The notes under the pieces: generated by a model
What the model was told of the DNA's origin: nothing
The model's input: only the letters and a program-made list of their open reading frames with translations
The model's database searches: none
Made by a program: the position numbers and the translations under genes
Part shown: piece by piece, positions 54,718-64,000 of the stretch
Numbering within the stretch: position 1 is the first letter of the stretch
How the letters are laid out: each line of letters starts with the position of its first letter
NCBI GenBank assembly: GCA_951406725.2
Contig: OX597816.1
Coordinates: 99,324,001-99,388,000 of the forward strand
Origin: Octopus vulgaris
Taxonomy: Eukaryota
Length of the DNA: 64,000 nt
Direction of reading: 5' to 3'

Positions 54718-54888
54718 ATCCAAACATGAAAACACAACAACGCGAGGACGTGGAACAAGTATAGTGTTATTGGATACTCAGGAAAGGAAGGAAGGAAAGA
54801 AGGATTTAACGTTTCGAGCGGAGCTCTTCAGAAACATAGGAAAAGGAAAAATCCAAGGAAGGGAAGACGGAGGGAAAAAATCGCCAAC
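54718..54888 (-). mobile_element. Short non-coding repeat with hammerhead-like motif, in a (TA)n tract (copy 2)
   Basis: Homologous to 20395-20590; minus strand GTTT-CTGAA-GAGC-TCC-GCTC-GAAAC-GTT-AAAT. Confidence 0.8.
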
Positions 54889-55366
54889 ATACATATATAT
54901 ATATATATATATGCGTATAAGGGTGTGTGTACGGGAGTTTTACAGTAGTCAACGAGCAAGTACTCTTTATGCTGTATCTTATGTCCAGTAGCCTAACTGT
55001 GAGATGAAGACCTTATGTACCTGTATGAAATGTGATCTGGGGTCGGTATCATTGAATAAACCATTAAAAGGCAATGCACTAACAAGGCCAAACTTGTATT
55101 ATTTCAGCAAAAATTATAGTACTTCATGCTTAGCTGTCCATTACAGTCATGTTTATACTTAAATTTATTATGTTGACTATTTTACATAATAGTCTTTTTT
55201 GTTTTTTTGTTTTTTTCTTTCGCAGAGTCTGCTTTCTTTAACCGGATATTTTTACTTTCATCTTGATCGAAATTGCTTCATGATTTCCATTCCGGTTTAC
55301 ATGTGGTTATAACTAATCAAATCTTTCAAGATAATATCATCATCGGTTATTTCCTAGATATTCATA

Positions 55367-55399
<33 letters not shown>

Positions 55400-55731
55400 C
55401 TTTCCCTCTCTCTATCTTCCTCTCTCTTTCTCTCGCCTTCTCCCCCCCCCTCTTTCTCTTTCTCTCTTTTATACAATTAATATTATCTGTCCTCACTATT
55501 GCATTACCCCCATTTTTTCACCCTCAAATAATTTCTGGCCTTCAACCTGTATAGAAAAAGAAATCGATACATTACGAAATTGATACGTTCTGTATTTCCG
55601 TTGTGATATGCTTTCCGTTATACAATTTATATGTAATATTAAAACATTAATTTTCGCTTTACCCATATATTTCTGGCTAACAAATGCTTACAAATTTATA
55701 GAAGTAAATTACATCTTCTGAATAAGTCTGT

Positions 55732-55930
55732 TTGGCACAAGACCAGCAATGTCGAGAGGAAAGATAAGTCAATTACATTGATCCCAGTACTTGACTGCTA
55801 CTTATTTTATCGACCCGAAAGGATGGAAGTCAAAGTCAGTTTTGGCAGCATTTGAACTCAGATCGTAAAGCACCATCATAAATGTCACTATGTATTTTGT
55901 CTGGCGGAGTAACTATTCCGGCAGCAAACT
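55732..55930 (-). mobile_element. Degenerate SINE family B
   Basis: TTGGCACAAGACC...TTTTATCGACCCGAAAGGATGGAAG...TTTGAACTCAG. Confidence 0.7.
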
Positions 55931-58900
55931 ACCATAAAGTTCGGTGCTCCTGATCTCTCCAGTCACTTTCCGTTGACCTCATTACATTCACGTCTTCAAC
56001 AAGCTGAGAAGAGTGAATGTTTAAATTAAAATTTGAAGAACAGTATCTGAAGCTATCTTCATCTTTGATATCCAGGGTTACTGTTTTTTTTTTTTATCAG
56101 ACGTTAGTTTTTTTGTGACATCTATGACTACCCAATCATACTACCCAATCGTTTACTGATCAAAGAGAGCAGTGATCACCGCTTTCTATTCCTACCCATC
56201 TAATGCTTTCAGACGGTTTATCTCGTACTGTATGATACTCATTTTTTAAGGCAATAAGGCATGGTTTGGATGATATTTAACTGTCATTTCAAGAATGTTG
56301 AACAGTTACAGTAAGTTTTTCTTCATTGTCAGCAGTATATTGCATATAAGTTATTTTAATGTTTCATATAACTTGACTATCAAACTTCCATACATTTACA
56401 TGTATGTGTCGTATGACAACTACAAATATCCAAGTCGCTGTGTAAACTCTATTTGAAGTAAAGTTCACAAAACGGAAAACCATTTTGGGAATATTATTGA
56501 ACTAACTTCTGTTGGTAGCGACCATCACTAGTTTCCTTGGACTACAGTGTTTTACTTTGATAAGATAGATCGATACAGTTTAAATCAATATTGACATTAT
56601 TTTCGCTGTGGGAAGACTAAAATCCAATAGCCTTACTTCATACAGAAACTTCGTTTCCATTCTTTACCGTAGGACATTAAGAACAAGCAAAGTTATCTAT
56701 TTATTTAAATAGAGCATAAGTCTAACTGTTGTAAGGTAAAGATGTCAATGGTTAAATTGACCTCAACCTGTTACTGGTATTGCTTTTATCAACGAAGAAG
56801 AGAAAAGAGCAAAGTTAAATCTGGCAGTGACAAAGGGGCACAACTAAATTAATCTGAAACACTGTAAGACATTTAATCTGGTATTTCACTGCTTTTAATC
56901 AATATCACCCTAAATATCAATACTGATTGAAATACGTCAAAGGTGTTCTTAATAACCTGCGAAATATTTAATTGATCAGATTATGTTTATACAACGAATT
57001 TCGATGCAAACAAAGCGATAAAGTTATTGAAATTTTTATTGAAAATCTTGGTTTTAATTATATGATGCGGTGAACTTGTATTGGTTATTCCTGAACTTAT
57101 TTTTAAAAATTGCCAAAATATTAGCTCTACGTTGATTAAAAAGATAATTACATTTGAAAAAAGCATAAAATCACCTTGAAATTAAAGTTTGCAAATATTC
57201 TTTGAATTTTGGTTCTATATAAATCACATATGAACCAATCTGGAGTTTCTGTCTACTTTTCTTCTCAATGTGTGACTTCAGGTCAATACTGGCATTGAGC
57301 AATTTTGGTTCGCTACAAACAGAATGACTACTACACAGGGTTAATTTAACCGACTATAGATAACCTGATCAAACAACATTGTCTTTATGCAAAAGAAATC
57401 CAGCATCATACGGCATATATATATATATTTAAAATGTCATTTTGTCATGTAATGCCTTCGAGAAAGTTATGCATGACGTATCAGTTATCATTTTTTCATA
57501 ACACTTACAGGTAACTACTAACCATTTATGGTATCGCATGGTAACCTTATACACAAAATATTACCAAAACTGAATCTCAAAGACCAAGCTTCCTACTTAG
57601 CATTAGGAAACACGGCAGTTCAGAATATGACAACTAAAACAAACCATGGTGGGTACCCTATATATCTGGAACGTATCACTACGACATGAGAAAACATTCT
57701 AGACCCATCCACAGAAAACTCAAGCTGATTGCAAACCATTTCTCAAAACACTTATTCACTAATTCACCCACTCTATGTGTCTTCTACTTATATCTTCTAA
57801 CAACAATGCTTGAGTTTCTCTAACAATTGTCCCTTGTCCTAACCAGCTTGATGCAACTTCTTTACCTCTTATCATTCGTGTTGTTTTATACATAACAAAG
57901 CTAGGTATACACAGATCCCTAAAGCAGATATTCAAGCCAACGAAAAAACGCAACTTAAGAAATCATCCGCATAATTGCTCTACTTGCTACAAATAGTAGA
58001 TAGGTTTTCGTCAAATTACACCCAACAGTCTTGAAATAGTTGTAGGGGTCGCTAAAGATTTTAGTCCTAGTTAGTAATACATGAGTAAAGAGCAGTAGAG
58101 TCATGATAGGAACGCTTAAATCTACTCAGTTAATCTGAAATTTCATGCTTTCTCACTACTTCTCTGCAGTTATTGAACTATTATAGAGGTTGAATCAAAT
58201 TAATCCGATATCACCTACGAGGATTAGTGAATAATTATTCTACTTCTTCAGACTTGATGATAAGAAAATAAGTATATATTAATCTTCATGTATAGATTGG
58301 CTAGAATGCTGTATAGAGAGTCTTGCAGTATTTACTCAAGCTCTCCTCATTCTGATTTTAAAGCCTGCCCAAATTCATTTTACTATGATCCATCCAGATT
58401 CGCTAAAAATACCATTCAAGTACTGCTGTCAGTCTCTCCCTCTTTATTCCGGAATCGACATTGCATCCGGTGAAGTTTTCTGGGAGACGTCACTTACCCC
58501 AGAACCAGCGAAGAGTTGATCGAGGGGCTTGCAACCTCTTCCTATTGAACTACTGATACGCTTCAGGAACTGCTCGAATAAAAAGTTGTAAGCAACGCCA
58601 ATGCTGAGATTTAGACTCATAAAACTATGACCGTAACATTAATAATACAAATCTTCATTCATAGCGAACTCAGAAACCTTAGAATAGATCAATAGAGTAA
58701 AACTAAAGAGTCAATAAAAGTTCTGTTGAAATTGGAATCTATAATAGTGTTTGCCTAGCAGCTGTTTTTATTTAGAAAACAAATTAAAGATTGTAAAATA
58801 TAATGTTTCGTTTCGCGTCTCTTGAGATTAACTTCTGCGCGTTTATTTCTTCCATTCTTTGCATTTCTCTCCAATTAGTAATTCATAAATAGAATAGTTT

Positions 58901-59285
58901 CATAAAACAAGATATTTGATAAGTGATAGGACAGGCATATGAAAATATGTAGGACGCTGGTAAATTTCGAAATGTTTGGCATGCACACTGAAATCAGCTT
59001 GACACGTAGGATAATTACTAAGCTGGCTACCGTGGCAAATAGAATTCTATGAATCTATATTACGTTTTAAGCAAAAAAAAATATGGTTTCTGATCATATC
59101 ATTCCGCATTATTCAAAGAAATTAAATAAGTTAAATAAGTATAAATTAATTCAACTACACTCCTTCAAAAATTGTTCAAATAAATAATTTGACGTTGACA
59201 GAATCAAGTTGCGTCCAAAATTACTAAAGATAAATTCACGAGAAATAACGCAACAGTAACACACACACACATGCTGTATGTATGT

Positions 59286-59346
<61 letters not shown>

Positions 59347-59352
<6 letters not shown>

Positions 59353-59571
59353 TCACCAAAAGTCACCTGACAGTAAATCAAAACCATTTAATTCCAAGAT
59401 ATATTTATGTTTAACAATTGAGTGAACTCAATAAAAGTATCTAAATATGAAACATCATAAAAATTGTTCAAACCGAAGCCCTTCTTGGCCAATACATTTT
59501 TTTTCAATTCGAGTCGATACTGAATTACAGATAGTATTTATAGAATTGTGGTTTACTTTTGGCCAATCCTG
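59347..59571. mobile_element. Tc1/mariner-type MITE (~225 bp) in a TA microsatellite
   Basis: Imperfect TIRs AGGGTTCACCAAAAGTCACC / GGTTTACTTTTGGCCAATCCTG with TA flanks. Confidence 0.65.
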
Positions 59572-59585
59572 TATGTATGTATGTA

Positions 59586-59621
<36 letters not shown>

Positions 59622-59945
59622 TGTATGCATGTATGTATATGCATATGCATAAGTGTGTGTGTGTGTGCGTGCGTGCGTGTATGTATATTAGTATGTATAT
59701 GTAGGACGGCATTTTGTTCGGCGTGCTAACGATTCTCCAGCTTGCCGCCTATTGTAAATGAGTATTGAGTAAAACACACATATTAATGAGTAAAAGTTAG
59801 TTGTGATATTATGCCTTGCTCCTAAAGTTTAGCGGAACAAGGAAAGCAGTGTGGCTTCTGCCAAAGCTCTCAAATTCACTGTAGCGGGTGAATACATAGT
59901 TCTTTACGAATCTAATACCTTGTTATATACCATATCTTCCATTGC

Positions 59946-60592
59946 AAAATAATGCCTAATCAAGACAAACTATTTTTACAAAAATTATAGCAAGCACTTT
60001 GGAATAACAGATATGGCTGTATATTTCGTTTCATAACCACGTGACTTGGATTCACTGCATGGCCCCTTTGGAAATGGTCCTTTATTATAACTTCTAGTTG
60101 AACGTTTTAAGTGAAAATTGGCTAACAGAAACCGAGAAGAACTACTGTGAATTTCCTCTCCACAAGAACATGCGAATGCGTTTCTGAAGCATTGAAATAT
60201 ATCATTTTTATTCTGCTCGAACTCAAATCTAACCAAAGTTTATTTTGACTTTTATCATTTCTAGCTCGATAGAATAAGTTCCTATATAATATAATGCATC
60301 AGACGGATCCATTTCTCAAACCCATCCCAACAGTAATTAATTTCGAGTTTAGAGCTAAAATATAATTGTTAATTTCTTGGTGATTAATGTAACAAAATGG
60401 AACATTCTTTTCATAATTCTTGCTTACCGGATCAAGATGCTATAAGTAAAGCCGTTATCCTGCAAAGTCTGATCCCAGTAAATAAGCGTTTCCAATGCAG
60501 GGATTTTAACGAACTACACAGTCATATCTGTTATTCCAAAATGCTTATTATAATTTCTGTAAGAATAGTTTGTCTTGATTAGGCATTATTTT
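59946..60592. mobile_element. Element with 85-bp terminal inverted repeats (MITE/foldback)
   Basis: 59946-60030 vs 60508-60592: 8 mismatches in 85 bp by manual alignment. Confidence 0.8.
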
Positions 60593-60609
60593 AGTCAAAT
60601 TAAATCATA

Positions 60610-60792
60610 AGGCCAACAATTTCGGAGGGAGAGAGTAAGTCGATTACATAGGACCCAGTGCTCAACTGGTATTTGTTTCATCGATACCGAAAGGATGAAA
60701 GGCAAAATCAACCCCAGGACATATGAACCCATAACGTAAAGACAGACGAAATGCCACTAAGCATTTTGCCCGGCCTGCCAGCTTGCCACTTT
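60610..60792 (-). mobile_element. SINE family B
   Basis: GAAAGGATGAAAGGCAAA...GACGAAATGCCACTAAGCATTTTGCCCGG..GCCAGCTTGCC. Confidence 0.8.
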
Positions 60793-60829
60793 AATTAAAG
60801 CAACATTTTAATAATGATTTATTACTTTC

Positions 60830-61085
60830 TGTTATTGGTGTGGTTCAGCTTTAGTCGATCTCATCTATAGCCAAAGGCATTCCATCCGTGACTACAACGT
60901 CGTTTTTTTTTCATTTTGGACAGTGTATCTGGAACTACGATATGGAATGTATCCTTTTTTTATTAATTCATTTATTTATTTATTTATCTATTATTTATTG
61001 AAGCTTAGAAGTTGTGTTAAGAGGGGAATTTGATTAACATGTCTAGCAGGCTGAATGATCACGCACAGGCTTTCTCGCTACTACG
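60830..61085 (-). mobile_element. Repeat family D (SINE-like, AAC tail); probable related copies near 49440-49618, 56100-56330, 57960-58130, 62590-62770
   Basis: Degenerate shared motifs GG(A)TGG..GGAATGCCTTTG and CTAGAAAT..CCAAAT..CTCAA; highly diverged. Confidence 0.4.
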
Positions 61086-62799
61086 CTTCTTGTTTATTTA
61101 CAATTGGGAAATTAAACAACCGTTTACTGACTCGTAAATATTGAATTCAAAGAGAAAGCAATTGTATAAAGCAACAGTAACCGTTTTACGGTATCACTTG
61201 CAAATGACAAAAAAAAACATTGCAATTCAATATCTGTAGTAGCAAGAACCAACAGAAAAGCAACAACATGAAGAGTTACAATAACAACAGAAAAGAAAAA
61301 CAACAACAAAACAAGATACTATTTGCCAATGACGTTATCTCAATATGTTACATTTTATCTTGAGAGTTTCTTTATTCTTCAGTGTAATATTTACATTATA
61401 ATATTATTAAGATAGTATTTACCTCTTTTTAAAATTTTATTTTTGTTTTTCCTTCTTATTGGTATTTTCTTAAATTTTTTTTTATTTAATACACAATATT
61501 TCTGTTTCGTAAATTGCCATTTTCCATTCAAGCAATCCATCTTAGGATGGTGCGTGCTGTGTCAGGTATATGTCAGTTTAGTCGATCATTAGTGCTCTCT
61601 CCATTTAGCTATCGACTCAACGTTCTGTTTCGTTGAAGCTCTTTCCACATTTTTTTCCGCTAAATTATATTGTTTACAACAGATAACTCAATATGTAGGA
61701 ATACTGAAAGATGAACTTAATGATTATGGTTTCACATTCTGTGACTGACTATACATTATAGACATCGTTTTATTCTCAACAACAAAGTCCACTTAAGTGT
61801 GAGTGCTGGAGTGCAATAGCTATAAGATCAGTAGTTTTTCGTTTATTTGTAGAGTTCTTAAGTTTAACTCTTCTCAAATGGGGAAAATAATTGCGAAAAT
61901 TCGGCACCATATCCAGAAGTATATCTGCTTTCATATTCTTATTGCTATGGAAAGTGATAATCAACTGCTTCTCTCTGTCCTTTTGTATTACAAAAATGAT
62001 TAGCTTTATTTGTTAGGATTAAATAGAATCTTTTCCAGTGCTGCTGCTGCTACTATTACTTCTACATCCCTCTATTATTTCTTCTGAACATATTCCTTTT
62101 ATGGCTTCTTCACTTAAACCGTTGTATTTTCAACTCAGCTCTGCAGCATCCTAGTTATACCTACTACCATCCCTGGTTTTAAACGTTGTGCACAATATCC
62201 TCATTACAAATATTTTCCCTTCAAACATTTACTGACAAGAGTTTAGAATGGTTGATGTTAATTTTTCATGCATATATAATCAGGCTTGATGATTATATAT
62301 GCTACAGAGACAGCTAGATCTATACAAGTATTTTTTCAAAAGCCAATAAGTTCTTTTCTTGTGCAAATGACCAATGGTCTTAATCTCACTGTCAACAGAA
62401 CTGATCATTCATTAATGGATCACTCTGGTCATATAAAATCAGATTCAAATAAAGAAGAAGTTTTTAAATTGCTTTTAAATTGTGTATATTCTGAGTGTCC
62501 TATAAGTTAGCATATCACTGATTGCATTTATTTCATCGGTTTCACATTTTTTCTACTGTTATAAACATTATGCAGTATTGATGTCCAAATCAGCGACCAA
62601 CTGTCTCTAGAGACACATCCAAGTATTGTAAAATGTGGAAATATTTCATAATACAATCCTAGATCAACCGCTTTTGAAAATAAGACGGGTTTGTTTCGAT
62701 AGAACGCCTTTGCTCACGAGCTTGTTCGATTATGACTGACCTAGTTATTACTAAACAGCAACTGTAACCAGAACAATATTTTATAAAAATTATACCTTG

Positions 62800-63432
62800 C
62801 GGTATTAATTCCGAGTTTTATGTTCTGAGTTCAGATCCCGCGAAGGTCAGCTTTCTTTTTCATCCCTTCAGTTTCATTCCTTTCATCCCTTAAATTACTA
62901 GTACTGGAGCTGGTGGTTTTGATTAATAATCTCCCCTCAAATTTCTTGGTCAGAAACCATCATTTAAACTTGTGCAATTTATTGTATAAATCGTTATTGA
63001 AGTAGGCATTAATATGATGCCATTATTGTTTTTAACTATATAGAATATTTGAAGTACTTCAGTACTTGACTGGCACTCTATATTATCGACCCCGGAAGAA
63101 TAAAAGAGAAAATCGGGTTTGGTGGAATTTGGACAAAGAATATAAAGAGCCGTAACCAAATACAGCTAGGCATTTTCTTTGATACTTTTGCAATTCTAGT
63201 ATAGAGAGGATCATCAATTAAGGCGACGAGCTGGCAGAATTATTAGCACACCGCGCAAAATGCTTAGCAGCGTTTCTTCCATCTGTACGTTCTGAGTTCT
63301 AATTCCGCCGAAGTCGACTGTGCCTTTCATTCTTTCGAGGTCGATAAAATAAATACCAGTTGAGCACTGGGGTTGATGTAATCGGCATAGCCCCGCCCCC
63401 GAAATTTCTGGCCTTGTGCCAAATTTTGAAAC
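62800..63432. mobile_element. SINE family B cluster: degenerate + (62800-62950), degenerate - (63050-63190), well-preserved + (63222-63432)
   Basis: The 63222 copy reads GGCGACGAGCTGGCAGAA..GTTCTGAGTTCTAATTCCGCCG..GGCCTTGTGCC. Confidence 0.85.
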
Positions 63433-64000
63433 TTATATAAAGAATAGCATTATCTGCTTCATTTGTGTGTATGTGTGCGTGTGCATGTATGTGTTCGTAT
63501 GCAGGTATGAAAGGAGAGAGAGAGAGGGACAGAGAAAAGGAGAAAGAAACCCTCTGTGTATGTGTGCGTGTGTATGCGTGTTATAAGTTGCTCGTGATTC
63601 TAGTTTAAAACTATGGAGTAGAATCGGATCGTGTGTAACTAAGTGGTAATATTCTGAAAGTATCCATCATCTATACAACATAAATAAGCAATGAAGTGAG
63701 ACAAAATGTCAGCGAGAAGCCTTACTTGGAAACTTGATCTCGGGATTGGTAGTTCAACACACTGTTATTTGTTAGCTTCGGAATTATGAGGGTGTATATG
63801 TTTTATGAGTTATCACACAGAAAAAGAAAATTATATAATTCAATAACAAAAAGGGTAAAATAATTGCAACCTGAAATTTCTAAAATACGAATGAATGAGT
63901 ATAAATACCAGTATTTTGTATTATTACGCTTGAATTCACAAAAACACTATGGGGATTTAAGGGGGAAAAATGTATATCAAGAACAATACGATTTGAAGTT

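Noticed and set aside
61540-62480. Possible additional R4-like relics (also 57760-57950)
   Set aside because: Only faint motif echoes; needs profile searches
63222-63310. tRNA gene-like A and B boxes in SINE heads
   Set aside because: No complete cloverleaf, and they continue into SINE bodies, so they are not called as tRNA genes

Overview
AT-rich eukaryotic, repeat-dominated DNA with no host protein-coding gene I can support. The microsatellite density and SINE families resemble an octopus/cephalopod genome (inference from recalled repeat families, not a search result). Most ORFs in the track are translations of (TA)n, (CA)n, (TATG)n and (ATT)n microsatellites. The real content is decayed mobile DNA: at least four SINE families, Penelope-like elements (RT and GIY-YIG relics), Tx1/L1-like and CR1-like LINE relics, a cluster of R4/Dong-type LINE 3' ends in (TAA)n tracts, a Ty3/Gypsy PR-RT relic, Helitron helicase fragments, a ~1 kb non-autonomous Helitron, and several MITE/foldback inverted repeats. 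The most notable signals are (i) several minimal type-I hammerhead ribozyme motifs, including one with an intact catalytic core at 27513-27545 and a repeated ~170-190 bp non-coding, hammerhead-bearing element in (TA)n tracts (retrozyme-like); (ii) a decayed 2A-like ribosome-skipping motif followed by a PHD-like relic; and (iii) a TAA-microsatellite landing pad with nested R4-type elements and a 556-bp non-coding insert. All protein-family calls come from motif recognition by eye, and element boundaries are approximate unless stated otherwise.
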